Assembly: GCA_031425655.1 (NCBI GenBank)
Contig: JANPJS010000250.1
Span: forward strand, 1-21,690
From: Abditibacteriaceae bacterium
Lineage (GTDB): Bacteria; Armatimonadota; Abditibacteriia; Abditibacteriales; Abditibacteriaceae
Length of the DNA stretch: 21,690 bases
Direction of reading: 5' to 3'
In this document: positions 1 through 10,174 of the stretch, one piece after another
How the letters are laid out: every line of letters begins with the position of its first letter
Position numbering within the stretch: the stretch's first letter is position 1
Notes under the pieces: model-generated
What the model was told of the DNA's origin: nothing
The model's database searches: none
Seen by the model: the letters and a program-made list of their open reading frames with translations, nothing else
Program-made: the position numbers and the translations under genes

Positions 1-32
1 TTCCCCTCCAACGGGAGGGGTTAGGGGAGGGT
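1..32. repeat. REP-like palindromic element (CCCCTCC-n-GGAGGGG hairpin plus TTAGGGGAGGGT tail), truncated context at window edge
   Basis: CCCCTCC (3-9) pairs with GGAGGGG (14-20). The reverse complement reads ACCCTCCCCTAACCCCTCCCGTTGGAGGGG, the same layout as the element at 21604-21631. Confidence 0.55.
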
Positions 33-90
33 TTTCCGACCTGCCAAATAACACCAGATGACTTCGATTACAGACTACTAAGCGCCATTT

Positions 91-270
91 TCATCTAAGG
101 TGCCGATTCGCTTGCGTCTCGCAACTCCCGAACCCGAAGGCTTGTCTTCGAACGGGCAAGCCTTGAATGCCTTCCGTGATTAGCTCCTGATAAGTCTGAC
201 TTGTCCCTTCAACTCCTACGCGGCATCTACGCGGCATCCACGAATCGGGGGATGCACTAAGTTTCAGTTT
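91..270 (+). ncRNA. candidate structured non-coding RNA (possibly 6S-like), family unassigned
   Basis: No credible ORF. Hairpin AAGGCTTGTC/GGCAAGCCTT (148-175) and small hairpin TTGCG/CGCAA are present. Long-range pairings CCGATTCG(103-110)/CGAATCGG(241-248) or GGTGCCG/CGGCATC are possible. G-U wobbles favour the + strand, and a terminator-like hairpin follows. Confidence 0.35.
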
Positions 271-281
271 AACGCTCTCGT

Positions 282-327
282 AAACGCCGGGACGAGGCGA
301 TAGCACCTTGTCTCGGCGTTTTACTTG
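282..327 (+). terminator. intrinsic terminator-like hairpin (may act in both directions)
   Basis: AAACGCCGGGACGAGG-loop-CCTTGTCTCGGCGTTT is a 16-bp stem with two G-U pairs on +, followed by TACTT. It also lies just past the stop of the - strand dioxygenase. Confidence 0.6.
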
Positions 328-355
328 TCTCTATGGGGCGACCGCGACAGGCCAC

Positions 356-1063
356 TCAATTCCACTGCAAGCCACCGGGCAACGCCTGCCCCGCAAACTC
401 GATGTGCAGCACGCGCCGGTGATGCGGCGCAGTCGCGGGCGACGAGGCGTGCAAGAGCAGAGGACGCATCAAAAGCGCGCCGCCGCGCGGACAAATGCAG
501 ATTTCCGGCTCGGTCTTTTGTCGAAACGCTTTGACTTCGTGCGGCGCCATTTTTCCCATCGTGTGCGAGCCGGGCAAAACGCGCAGCGGCCCATTGCTTT
601 CGTCGCAAACGTCGAGATGCAGGCGCAGCGTCAGCATGGTTTCTAAAACTTCGCGCGGCGGCTGAACGTGCCATATGCCGGCTTTTTGCGACCACGGGCC
701 GAATTCCGGCACTTCGATTTTGTGGCGCACCGCGATGCTCAAATCCTGATGCCAGCCGACTTTCCAGTTAGCGCCCGGCGTTTTGTCGAAGAGAATGCCG
801 CGCGTGGCTACGAAATCTTCTGAAATTGGCGCCAGCACGCTTTGCACCGCATCGGAGTGCGCGAAGTCGCACACGGCTTCTATTCGCAGCACGTTTCGTA
901 TTGCGTAAACGCCGCTGCCGGCCTTTCGCGCGCCGTGCGAATCGCGCGCCGCTTCAAGCGCCGCGAGCAGGGTTTGGACTTGGCCTTCGCCTTCGCTTGC
1001 CAAATCCGGCACCAGCACGAAGCCGCGTTGTGCGATGGCGTTCGCCAAAGAATTTGCTTGCAT
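356..1063 (-). CDS. phytanoyl-CoA dioxygenase (PhyH) family Fe(II)/2-oxoglutarate dioxygenase
   Basis: N-terminal GFVLV motif, iron-binding WHQD (HxD), RLHLD..NGPLRVLPGSH, distal His in LLHASS, and RRVLHIEF. Confidence 0.88.
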   Translation of the reverse strand: MQANSLANAIAQRGFVLVPDLASEGEGQVQTLLAALEAARDSHGARKAGSGVYAIRNVLRIEAVCDFAHSDAVQSVLAPISEDFVATRGILFDKTPGANWKVGWHQDLSIAVRHKIEVPEFGPWSQKAGIWHVQPPREVLETMLTLRLHLDVCDESNGPLRVLPGSHTMGKMAPHEVKAFRQKTEPEICICPRGGALLMRPLLLHASSPATAPHHRRVLHIEFAGQALPGGLQWN

Positions 1064-1138
1064 GAGAGGAAAGTCTGCCCGGTTTTGATTTTACAGCCGA
1101 GCATTGGATTTTCCGGCACTCAGTAAACTGATGCGACA

Positions 1139-2752
1139 ATGCGAAACATGATGCGAAACCAATTGCGATGGGCGACTCTGGCCGGAGTGCTGTGCGCGGC
1201 GTCTGCCGGCGCGGATGAACTGGCCGGGCGCGTGTTTTTGCCCGATGGACGGCCCGCCGTCGGCGCGAAAATCATCGCGCGCAACATCGGCCCGCGCTTC
1301 CCTCCGCGCCGGCCCGGCGATGATGTGACGACCGTCACCGATGAAATGGGAAATTTCGCCGCGACCGTGACGCCCATCGTGTTGGTCGCTGCCGATGGTC
1401 GCTGGAATCGCCCTTATATTTTGATTGACGCTCCCGGCTGCGCCCTGTGCTTCATGTCCATGACGGAGGCGGTGAAAACCCAGAGCGTCAACGGCATTGC
1501 CGGAAGATACGGCGCCGTCGTGCGCTTGCAGCCTGCGTTCACTTTTCAGGGCATGGTTGTCGGGCCGGATCGCAAGCCGGTGCCCGGCGCCCGCGTGGCG
1601 GTGATTCGCGGGACGATGAACTTCGTGGAATCGTCGCCGCTCAACATCGCGGGCCTGATAAGCACGCCGCAACTCGTCACGCAAAGCGGCGCCGACGGCA
1701 AGTTTGCTTTGCGCGGCCTCACCGGGCCGGCGCCCGAAAAAGCCGATGGTTACTTGTCAATTCATTCATCGAGCGAAATCTCTGCCGTTGCTACGATTCG
1801 CGGCAATTTGTGGGCAGGCACGGGTTACGTGTCTGCCCCATTAACGCCGCAGGGCATCAAGCCGGACGCGCCGCGCAAGGTGGTTTTGCAGCCGGCTGTG
1901 ACCTTTAGCGGACATCTTCTCGACGCCGTGACGGGAAAACCTCTGCCCAATGTGGAAGTGTCGGTTTCTAACGGTTCGCCCGCGCTGGTTAGCTCGGTTC
2001 GCAGCGGCGTTGACGGCAGTTTTCAGGTCGCGGCGCTGGCTCCGGCGCATTTGCGATTGACGCAATTCGGTGAACGCGCGCCCGACGGGCGCGGAAACTG
2101 GTGGCCCAATCGCGTTAGCACGGAAGTCAGCCGCGTCGAGGAAATTGTCGGGCCGCAACGCCTCCAAAACCTGGTGTTTCGTCTGCCTCCCATCGCCATC
2201 ATAAACGGGCATTTTGTGGACGAAGACACAGGCGAAGCGCCGCTGACGCAAGACGACGTGAGCGCGACGGTCGAGACGACAACCCGCGACGGCTGGCGAT
2301 ATTCCCCTCGCCCCTCCTTCGATTATTCGCGCGACGGCAAGTTTTCTTTAGCTGTGCCCGCCGGCCCGCTGAAAATCGCGGCGGGTGTCCGCAAGGAATA
2401 TCCGCACGCTTATTCCTCCGAGCCGCAAACTTGGCTGGCTCCGCCCGCCGGCCTGCCGGATGCCGTGCTGAAAGTTCATCGCAACCCCGGATTTTTCGTG
2501 CGCCTGCGCCCGCGCGATGAAAAATATCCGCTGCCTTTTGGCCGCTACGAAGTGCATTGGCGCCGCGCCGACGGAGTGCAGGAAATCAAGGAAATGCAGG
2601 ATGAGCCGGGCGGCCATTACTGGTTTCGCGCGGCCAAAAACTGGGGCGAGGCACTGGAAATGCGGATTTTGCGCGACAAAGCCGAAATTGTGCCGTGGAC
2701 GCGCATCGTGGCTGACAGCAAGCAGTGGCCGCTGGTTGTCACTCCTCGTTGA
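1139..2752 (+). CDS. secreted protein with repeated carboxypeptidase-regulatory-like (transthyretin-like beta-sandwich) domains
   Basis: Signal peptide ending ASAGA. Four G-x-V/L-x-x-x-G-x-P starts (GRVFLPDGRPAVGAKI, GMVVGPDRKPVPGARV, GHLLDAVTGKPLPNVEV, GHFVDEDTGEAP) with matching TDEMGNF/SGADGKF/SGVDGSF/SRDGKF motifs. The start could be 1148 or 1151. Confidence 0.75.
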   Translation: MRNMMRNQLRWATLAGVLCAASAGADELAGRVFLPDGRPAVGAKIIARNIGPRFPPRRPGDDVTTVTDEMGNFAATVTPIVLVAADGRWNRPYILIDAPGCALCFMSMTEAVKTQSVNGIAGRYGAVVRLQPAFTFQGMVVGPDRKPVPGARVAVIRGTMNFVESSPLNIAGLISTPQLVTQSGADGKFALRGLTGPAPEKADGYLSIHSSSEISAVATIRGNLWAGTGYVSAPLTPQGIKPDAPRKVVLQPAVTFSGHLLDAVTGKPLPNVEVSVSNGSPALVSSVRSGVDGSFQVAALAPAHLRLTQFGERAPDGRGNWWPNRVSTEVSRVEEIVGPQRLQNLVFRLPPIAIINGHFVDEDTGEAPLTQDDVSATVETTTRDGWRYSPRPSFDYSRDGKFSLAVPAGPLKIAAGVRKEYPHAYSSEPQTWLAPPAGLPDAVLKVHRNPGFFVRLRPRDEKYPLPFGRYEVHWRRADGVQEIKEMQDEPGGHYWFRAAKNWGEALEMRILRDKAEIVPWTRIVADSKQWPLVVTPR

Positions 2753-2770
2753 ATGCAGGAGAGTGAATCC

Positions 2771-5140
2771 ATGAATCATCGTAAGTTGGAATCGTTTTTA
2801 CGCGGCGCAACTTGCGTTGGCGTATTGGCCGCTTTGAGTAGCTGCTCGCCACAGATGAAAGCGCCTATGGCACTGGCGGTGGCTCAGACTGCACCGGTTG
2901 AAGCGGCAGTTATCGAATTGGTGCCGCAAAGCGGGCACATCGGGCCGGTGGGCGCCGCCGTGCTCACGCCCGACGGCAGGTTGCTCATCACCGGCGGCAG
3001 GGATGGCGCGTTGAAATTCTGGCTGACCGCCAGCGGCGAATTGCTGCGCTCGGAGCAAGCGACGACGAACTTGCCGGGCGATGTGGCGGCGCTGGCCGTT
3101 TCTCCCGATGGAAAAATCTTGGCCAGTGCCACCGCCGATGGCGAATTGCGTTTATGGAACATCGCCGACGGCACGCCGTTTCGCACTCTGAAGGCCTCGC
3201 GCGGCTCTTTCTATTACGATCAAACTTCGCCAGTCGCACTTTGCTTCGCTGCCGATGGCAAAACGCTTTTAGCCGGTAGCGACAAAACGCTGCGCTGGTG
3301 GGACGTGGCAACCGGCAAACTCAAGCTTGCACGCCCACTTTACGCGGATTCCTTATGCGCTGCGCTCTCACCCGACGGCCAAAAGCTGGCTCTGGCCATC
3401 GTCGCACCCAAATGGGGCGTGCAGTTGTGGGATGTGGGCAAAGGCACCCGACTGAGAACTCTGGGCCAGGCGGTAAATGGGCGGACACCGCCTGTGTTAG
3501 CTTTTGCTCCCGACGGAAACACGCTCTATTGCGCCGCAGAAACCGTCACTGCCTGGAATTTAGAAGACGGAAGCCCAAAAAAGGTCTTTCCCCGGCCCAA
3601 ATCTCGTGAACAAGAGACCCTGAAGCAGCCTTCAATAGGAACGCATTGGGATTTTAGATTTCGCTCCATCCCTTCCTTTGCCGTGTCGCCGGATGGCGCA
3701 TTGGCCGCACGACTTCTCAAGAACGAGCTAAGAATCTGGAATATGCAAACCGGCGAAGATGTTTCACCTGCCGCCAGCCCCGAACCGTCGCCCGGCGCCA
3801 AGGGCATGGCCAACGAGCAATTCCGCGCCTTGTTTTTTTCGCCCGACGGGAAAATGCTATCCAGCATCAACAAGAGTGAAGTGTCGGGAGTTGCCGGCGG
3901 AATCGGGAAAATTCAACTTTGGGATACGGCGAGCGGCGCATTGCGTTGGACTAACACGTCGCGTAGTGGCATAGCAAACAAGGTTTCGCTCGCATCCGCT
4001 GGTAAAACGATGGCCTGTAGCACAATTGCTCGCAGTCCCGAAACTCAATTTTCAACGACCTTCGAGGTTTGGCAGTGGGATATGCAAGCAGGCACGCCGC
4101 GCCGTGCTATTCCACAAACTCAATACGTTGCCGGTTTGGCGCTATCGCCCGATGGGAAAAACATGGCGGTCGGCAATGGCGGAGACGGAAAACTCGTCGC
4201 TGTTGTAAGAGCCAATGGCAAAGTCAACACCAATGTCGAAGGCTCCAGAGGAGCCGCCGTCCGCTGGTGGGACGTTGCCGGCGGCCAGTTACAACATCAA
4301 GTTTTTGCTCACCACGAGGCGGCGGATGCTCTGGTGTTTTCGCCGGACGGAAAAACGCTCACCAGTGGCGGCGGTTCGCTTTATCAAGGTGAAATCGCTC
4401 AGTGGGATGTCGTCTCCGGCAACTTGAAAAAACGGTGGGAGGGCCATCCTGACGGCGGCGTCATCGCTTTGGCGTGCTCTCCCAATGGCGAACTGCTCGC
4501 CAGCGGCAGTTGGGATAACTCGGTGCGTTTATGGGATGCGCGCGGTAACTTAAAGCGAACTTTCAAACTTGTGGGAGGATGGGTCTTTGCCGTGGCATTT
4601 TCGCCGGATGGCCGCACTCTTTGCACCGGAACTGGCGGCGGGGATAACGAAGGATGGTGCACGCTTTTCAATCTGAGTAACGGGAAAATGATATGGGAGC
4701 GGAAATTGAAGACGGATATTTACAATGTCTCCTTTTCGCCCGACGGCGCCAAATTGCTGGTTAGCAGCGGTAAAAATGTGGCTCTGTGGGACGCAAAACA
4801 CGGCACGATCCAACGCACGCTGTCGAACGTTAGCGGAAAGGCGCTTTTTTCGCCCGATGGCCGCTTTATCGTTGGACTCCATGATGGCGGCTTAACCCTC
4901 TGCGATGCGCGCGACGGCAAATTGCGGGCGTCTCTGCTGTTATTCGGGTCCGACACTGCCACGCCTCAATGGCTGGCCTATACGCCGGACGGCTTTTACG
5001 ACGGCTCGCCCGGAATGGAAAAACTGCTGCGCTGGCGCGTAAGCGGGGAGTTGCAAGCCGTATCCTTGTATCCTGAACGACGGCGCGTCGGTTTGCTGGG
5101 GCAAGTGTGGAAGCAGCAAGCGCAAGTCGCCAAAAGGTAA
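2771..5140 (+). CDS. WD40-repeat (double beta-propeller) probable lipoprotein
   Basis: Many SPDG..LA.G..D..(V/L).LWD repeats and lipobox-like LAALSSC. AGGAGAG precedes ATG 2771 (the ORF track opens at 2753). Confidence 0.88.
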   Translation: MNHRKLESFLRGATCVGVLAALSSCSPQMKAPMALAVAQTAPVEAAVIELVPQSGHIGPVGAAVLTPDGRLLITGGRDGALKFWLTASGELLRSEQATTNLPGDVAALAVSPDGKILASATADGELRLWNIADGTPFRTLKASRGSFYYDQTSPVALCFAADGKTLLAGSDKTLRWWDVATGKLKLARPLYADSLCAALSPDGQKLALAIVAPKWGVQLWDVGKGTRLRTLGQAVNGRTPPVLAFAPDGNTLYCAAETVTAWNLEDGSPKKVFPRPKSREQETLKQPSIGTHWDFRFRSIPSFAVSPDGALAARLLKNELRIWNMQTGEDVSPAASPEPSPGAKGMANEQFRALFFSPDGKMLSSINKSEVSGVAGGIGKIQLWDTASGALRWTNTSRSGIANKVSLASAGKTMACSTIARSPETQFSTTFEVWQWDMQAGTPRRAIPQTQYVAGLALSPDGKNMAVGNGGDGKLVAVVRANGKVNTNVEGSRGAAVRWWDVAGGQLQHQVFAHHEAADALVFSPDGKTLTSGGGSLYQGEIAQWDVVSGNLKKRWEGHPDGGVIALACSPNGELLASGSWDNSVRLWDARGNLKRTFKLVGGWVFAVAFSPDGRTLCTGTGGGDNEGWCTLFNLSNGKMIWERKLKTDIYNVSFSPDGAKLLVSSGKNVALWDAKHGTIQRTLSNVSGKALFSPDGRFIVGLHDGGLTLCDARDGKLRASLLLFGSDTATPQWLAYTPDGFYDGSPGMEKLLRWRVSGELQAVSLYPERRRVGLLGQVWKQQAQVAKR

Positions 5141-5143
5141 CTC

Positions 5144-7426
5144 ATGAAAAAGCGAATTTTATTAGCGGCGGGTTTAATGGGCGCGCTCGCGCACGGCGCG
5201 ATGGCGCAGGAGAAACCAGTGGAAATTCAAAACGAGTTTTTGCGTGTCTCGACGAGCGACGGTAGCGCCTTCATGTTGAGCGCATTGCCTTCGGGCAAGA
5301 GCGTGGCGTCCGGTATGCTTGGCGTTAGCGCATGGACGGTGAAAAAGATAAGCGTTAGTGATGCGCGCTTCGGCAAAGGTCAAGGCCTGTCGCTCGTTGC
5401 CGCCGAGGGCGCGAGTGGGCGCATTCTGCTCTTCCCAAAGCTGCCCTTCGCTTTGCTCAGCTTGACGCTGAAGAACAGTAGCGCCACGCCGCAGACGCTC
5501 AATCGCCTGCCATTCGCCAGTTTTAATGCCGATTGGCAAAGCGCTTCCGCGCTGAAAACGCTTGGCACCGGCGGCTTGTCGAGCGCCGATAAAAATCCCG
5601 GAAGTTATGCGTGGCTGGCCGTCGCCGAACCGCAAAGTCGCAACGGGCTGGTCGCCGGATGGCTGACGCACGACCGCGCATCGGGCGTGCTGTTCAGCAA
5701 GATTGAAAACGGCAAAGTGCGCGTCGAAGCACGCAGTGATTACGGCAAATTACGCCTTGCGCCGGGCCAGAGCGCGCAAAGCGAAACCTTAGCCATCGGC
5801 TACTTCGATGACGCGCGGCTGGGACTCGAAAGTTGGGCGAATGCAGTTGCCAAAACCTACGCCATTAAATTGCCGCCGTCGCCGACGGGTTATTGCACCT
5901 GGTATTCCGATAAGCACGGCGGCGCCTCCAATGAAAGCGCGCTCGCCGAGATTTCCGATTTCGCCGCGAAGAATCTCAAGCCGTTCGGCTTCGACTTCGT
6001 GCAAATTGACGACGGCTGGCAACTCGGCGATGCCAAAGGCAACGGCCCGAAGAAAAACTTCACGCAGTTCAACCCGGCGGGCGCTTATAAATCGGGCATG
6101 AAAGAAACCGCCGATAAAATTAAGGCGCTCGGCTTGACGCCCGGCATTTGGTTCATGCCGTTCGCCGGAACGCACAACGATCCGTGGTTTGCGGACAAGC
6201 AAAACCTCTTCGTTAAGAAGGAGGACGGCACGCCTTACGATACCGCGTGGGGCGGCACCAGCCTCGACATGACCAACCCGCAGGCGCGCGAGTATCTGCG
6301 CGGCATTGTGCAGCGTATCGCGCACGAATGGGGCTACACCTATTTCAAAATGGACGGTTTGTATACGGGAATCGGCGTCAAGCAGGTTTATGTGAATTCC
6401 GGCTACAAGGAAGACAATTTCGGCGATTCCAGCCTGTCCGACCCCGCCAAAACCAACATCGAAGCCTTCCGCGACGGACTGAAATTAGTGCGCGAGACGG
6501 CGGGCAAAAACGTGTTTTTTCTCGGCTGCACCATGACGCAGAATATGCGCTCGTTCGGCGGCTCGATTGGCCTCGTGGACGCCATGCGTATCGGCCCCGA
6601 CAACGGCGGCAACTGGAAAAGTTGGAGCGTCAGCCCGGTTTTCGGCTCGCGCTACTACTTTTTGAACGGGCGCATCTGGTATAACGACCCCGACCCGTTT
6701 TATCTGCGCGCCGGCATTCCTCTCGAAGAAGCGCGCACTATCGCCTCGTGGCCGACCATTGCCGGACAGTTGAATTCCAGCTCCGATTGGCTGCCCAATT
6801 TCACGCCCGAACGCCTCGATATTCTGCGCCGCACCATGCCATCGCACCGCGCCACGGCCCGCCCCGTTGACTTTTTCGAGAACGATCCGCCGCGCTTATG
6901 GACGGTCACGGACGAAAAATCCGGCGTGCGCCGCGACGTAATTGGCGTGTTCAATTGGTCGGATGCAGAAGCGACTTTCGACGTGCCACTGGCGCGTTTT
7001 GGCCTTGATGCCAACGCCAAATATGCTGCTTTCGATTACTGGGAGAATAAGTTTTTGCCGACGCTGCAAGGCAACTTGAAAACCACGCTGCCAGCGCATG
7101 GCTGCCGCATTTTAGCGGTGCGCCCTCTGCTTGAGCGACCTTTTCTGCTGGGCACTTCGCGCCACATCACGCAGGGCATCATAGACGTGAGCGAGGAAAA
7201 ATGGAGCGCGAAAACTAAGACACTCAGCGGCCAGAGCGAAGTCGTGGCTGGCGACGCCTACCAATTGCGCTTCGTGGCGCCGGGCACTTGGAGAGCTACT
7301 CGTGTAGAAGCGGACATGGCGGATGCGACGATTTATTGGAAGCAAGATGGCGCCTCCGTCCGCGCGACCATGACGATTCCCGCCGGTCGCGTTGTGAAGT
7401 GGAAAGTAGTTTTTGCCGAGCGTTGA
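5144..7426 (+). CDS. secreted alpha-galactosidase-like glycoside hydrolase (clan GH-D, GH36/GH27-like)
   Basis: Signal peptide (..HGAMA-Q), GYCTWY, FVQIDDGWQ, nucleophile motif YTYFKMDG, acid/base motif MRIGPD, NDPD, and C-terminal VFNW..FDYW beta-sandwich. Confidence 0.85.
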   Translation: MKKRILLAAGLMGALAHGAMAQEKPVEIQNEFLRVSTSDGSAFMLSALPSGKSVASGMLGVSAWTVKKISVSDARFGKGQGLSLVAAEGASGRILLFPKLPFALLSLTLKNSSATPQTLNRLPFASFNADWQSASALKTLGTGGLSSADKNPGSYAWLAVAEPQSRNGLVAGWLTHDRASGVLFSKIENGKVRVEARSDYGKLRLAPGQSAQSETLAIGYFDDARLGLESWANAVAKTYAIKLPPSPTGYCTWYSDKHGGASNESALAEISDFAAKNLKPFGFDFVQIDDGWQLGDAKGNGPKKNFTQFNPAGAYKSGMKETADKIKALGLTPGIWFMPFAGTHNDPWFADKQNLFVKKEDGTPYDTAWGGTSLDMTNPQAREYLRGIVQRIAHEWGYTYFKMDGLYTGIGVKQVYVNSGYKEDNFGDSSLSDPAKTNIEAFRDGLKLVRETAGKNVFFLGCTMTQNMRSFGGSIGLVDAMRIGPDNGGNWKSWSVSPVFGSRYYFLNGRIWYNDPDPFYLRAGIPLEEARTIASWPTIAGQLNSSSDWLPNFTPERLDILRRTMPSHRATARPVDFFENDPPRLWTVTDEKSGVRRDVIGVFNWSDAEATFDVPLARFGLDANAKYAAFDYWENKFLPTLQGNLKTTLPAHGCRILAVRPLLERPFLLGTSRHITQGIIDVSEEKWSAKTKTLSGQSEVVAGDAYQLRFVAPGTWRATRVEADMADATIYWKQDGASVRATMTIPAGRVVKWKVVFAER

Positions 7427-7453
7427 AATACCCGGCAACACAGGGGCAAAACT

Positions 7454-10126
7454 ATGAAATCAAGGAAATTAGTCGCCTTAACCTGTGTGTTTTTAACACT
7501 GGCGGCAAGTAATGTTATGGCACAATCAAATTCGACGCTGTGGTATGAAAAACCGGCGAAGCACGCCATGAACGAGGCGCTGCCGATTGGCAACGGGCGT
7601 TTGGGCGGCCTTGTTTTCGGCGGCGCCGAGCGCGAACGCATCGTGCTCAACGAAGACAGCCTGTGGACGGGCGGTGAGAACCCCGGCGGCGATTACAACA
7701 GCATGGGTTCGTATCAAATGCTCGGCGAATTGCTGCTCTCGCAGGACGCCGACGGCAACGCTGCGGAGCCTGTGACTGCTGCCGTCGGCGTTTCGGTGCC
7801 GAGCGGACACAAGGCGTATTATCCGCATGAAGAAGCCGAGTTTGCGGCGGACGGCAAGAGCGATACCAAATGGTGCGTTGAACACAACGGTAAGCCGGTT
7901 TCGTGGCAAGTGGCGATGCCGGCGAACGCGCCCGCCGCGAATTGGTATGCCATGACCAGTTGCCCCGACATTCCCTCGCGCGACCCCAAAACATGGGAGT
8001 TTTCCGGCTCGCCTGACGGCCAGAATTGGACAACTTTAGACAAACGCGAAGATCAGGTGCCTTTCGCAAAACGCGGCGATACGATGAAATTTGCGTTCGC
8101 CAACGCCACGCCGTTCCGCTTTTATCGCCTGACTGTCCTAAAAAATCAGGGTGCGCCGCACTTTCAAATCGCCGAAATCAGCGTGCCGGGAATGCCCAGC
8201 GCGCAAGTTATCGCACCGGGCACAACGCCGGGCGGTTATCGCCGCGATCTCGACATCTCGACTGCGGTAGCGACGACCGAATTCGTCAAAGACGGCGTGC
8301 GCTTTCGCCGCGAAGCGTTCGTCAGCGCGCCCGATCAAGTGATCGGGCTGCGTTGGACGGCGGACAAACCCGGCGCGATTTCCGGCAGCGTTGAGCTTAA
8401 AGGCGCGCACGGCGAAACGACATTGGCAGAGGACGCAACGCTGAGTTTCAAAGGCGCGCTACCTAACGGAATGCGCTACGAAACGATGGCGCGCGTGATG
8501 GTAAAAGGCGGCACGGCGCAGGCGGCGGACGGCAAAATCACGTTGAATAAGTGCGATGAGGCCTTAATTCTCATTGCGGCAGGCACCGATTACGTTTTCG
8601 ATTACGCCAAAAAGTATCGCGGCGAAGACCCGCGCGCACGCGTTGCCAATCAGCTTGAATCAGCCTCGAAAAAGCCGTTCGAGGCGCTCAAAGCGGCGCA
8701 TGTTGCCAATTATCAAAGTCTTTTCAATCGCGTTAATCTCGAACTTGGCGCGACTTCCGCCGAGCGCGTAGCGTTGCCGACCGATCAGCGTAAAGTGGTT
8801 TATGCGGACAAAGGCGGCGACCCCGACTTGGAAGAATTGATGTTCCAATACGGGCGTTACTTGATGATTTCCTGTTCACGGCCCGGTGGTCTGCCCGCCA
8901 ACTTGCAGGGCCTGTGGAACGACAGCAACAAGCCGCCGTGGTTCAGCGATTATCACGCGAACATCAACGTGCAAATGAATTATTGGCCCGCCGAGCCGAC
9001 TAATTTATCCGAATGCCACACGCCGTTTTTCGATCTGATCCAGAGCCAGTTGGAGCCGTGGCGCAAAGAAACCGCTGCCTCGAAAGAGTTCGCGCTACCC
9101 GGCGGAAAAACACGCGGCTTTGCGATTCGCACCTCGCACAACATAACCGGCGGGCTGGGTTGGAAGTGGGATAAAACCGCCAACGCGTGGTATTGCCAGC
9201 ATTTGTGGGAGCATTACGCATTCGGCGGCGACAAGAAATACCTGCGGAGCGTGGCTTATCCGATTCTCAAGGAAACCTGCGAGTTTTGGGAAGACCACTT
9301 GAAGACGCTGCCCGATGGCCGTCTGGCCGTTCCCAACGGCTGGTCGCCCGAACACGGGCCGGACGAAGACGGCGTGAGCTACAATCAGCAAATCGTCTGG
9401 GATTTGTTCACCAACTACGTCGAAGCGGCGGATGCGCTGAAAATTGATGCCGAATATCGCGCCAAAATCGCAAATATGCGCGACAAATTAGTCGGCCCGA
9501 AAATCGGCAAATGGGGCCAGTTACAGGAATGGATGACCGACCGCGACGATCCGAACGATCATCATCGTCACACTTCGCATTTGTTCGCGGTTTATCCGGG
9601 ACGGCAAATCAGCATCGCCAAAACGCCGGAATTGGCGGCTGCGGCCAAGAAATCCCTCGATGCGCGCGGCATAGACGCCGGCAGCGATGTGCGCGAATGG
9701 TCATTCGCGTGGCGGACGGCGCTTTACGCGCGCCTGCACGACGGCGAAAGCGCGCATACGATGTTTCAGAACTTGCTGTCGGCGCGCAACACTTGCCCAA
9801 ACTTGTTCGGATTGCATCCGCCAATGCAAATTGACGGCAATTTCGGTATCACGGCGGGCGTGGCGGAAATATTGCTGCAATCGCACGAAGGCGAAATCAA
9901 CTTGCTTCCCGCTTTGCCCGCAACGTGGACAACCGGCAGTTTCAAAGGTCTGCGCGCACGCGGCGGCTTCGAAGTGGACGCAGAGTGGCAAAACGGCAAG
10001 TTATCCGGCACCACGATTCGCAGCGTCGGCGGCACGACTTGCCGCATTCGCAGCGGCGATAAAACCGTCGAAGTTAAATTAAAGCCGGGCAAGGCCGTGA
10101 AGTTAAATGGCGATTTGCGCGGGTAA
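7454..10126 (+). CDS. GH95 alpha-L-fucosidase / L-galactosidase with inserted discoidin (F5/8 type C)-like domain
   Basis: [70 protein letters not shown] and [10 protein letters not shown] motifs, plus a signal peptide. Confidence 0.95.
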   Translation: MKSRKLVALTCVFLTLAASNVMAQSNSTLWYEKPAKHAMNEALPIGNGRLGGLVFGGAERERIVLNEDSLWTGGENPGGDYNSMGSYQMLGELLLSQDADGNAAEPVTAAVGVSVPSGHKAYYPHEEAEFAADGKSDTKWCVEHNGKPVSWQVAMPANAPAANWYAMTSCPDIPSRDPKTWEFSGSPDGQNWTTLDKREDQVPFAKRGDTMKFAFANATPFRFYRLTVLKNQGAPHFQIAEISVPGMPSAQVIAPGTTPGGYRRDLDISTAVATTEFVKDGVRFRREAFVSAPDQVIGLRWTADKPGAISGSVELKGAHGETTLAEDATLSFKGALPNGMRYETMARVMVKGGTAQAADGKITLNKCDEALILIAAGTDYVFDYAKKYRGEDPRARVANQLESASKKPFEALKAAHVANYQSLFNRVNLELGATSAERVALPTDQRKVVYADKGGDPDLEELMFQYGRYLMISCSRPGGLPANLQGLWNDSNKPPWFSDYHANINVQMNYWPAEPTNLSECHTPFFDLIQSQLEPWRKETAASKEFALPGGKTRGFAIRTSHNITGGLGWKWDKTANAWYCQHLWEHYAFGGDKKYLRSVAYPILKETCEFWEDHLKTLPDGRLAVPNGWSPEHGPDEDGVSYNQQIVWDLFTNYVEAADALKIDAEYRAKIANMRDKLVGPKIGKWGQLQEWMTDRDDPNDHHRHTSHLFAVYPGRQISIAKTPELAAAAKKSLDARGIDAGSDVREWSFAWRTALYARLHDGESAHTMFQNLLSARNTCPNLFGLHPPMQIDGNFGITAGVAEILLQSHEGEINLLPALPATWTTGSFKGLRARGGFEVDAEWQNGKLSGTTIRSVGGTTCRIRSGDKTVEVKLKPGKAVKLNGDLRG

Positions 10127-10174
10127 TCTTTTCAAAGCGTATGATTTTCTGTCGCATTCCGTTTGCAAAATATC

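Noticed and set aside
91..306. 71-aa minus-strand ORF
   Set aside because: No recognisable motif or RBS. It overlaps a hairpin-rich segment better explained as RNA structure.
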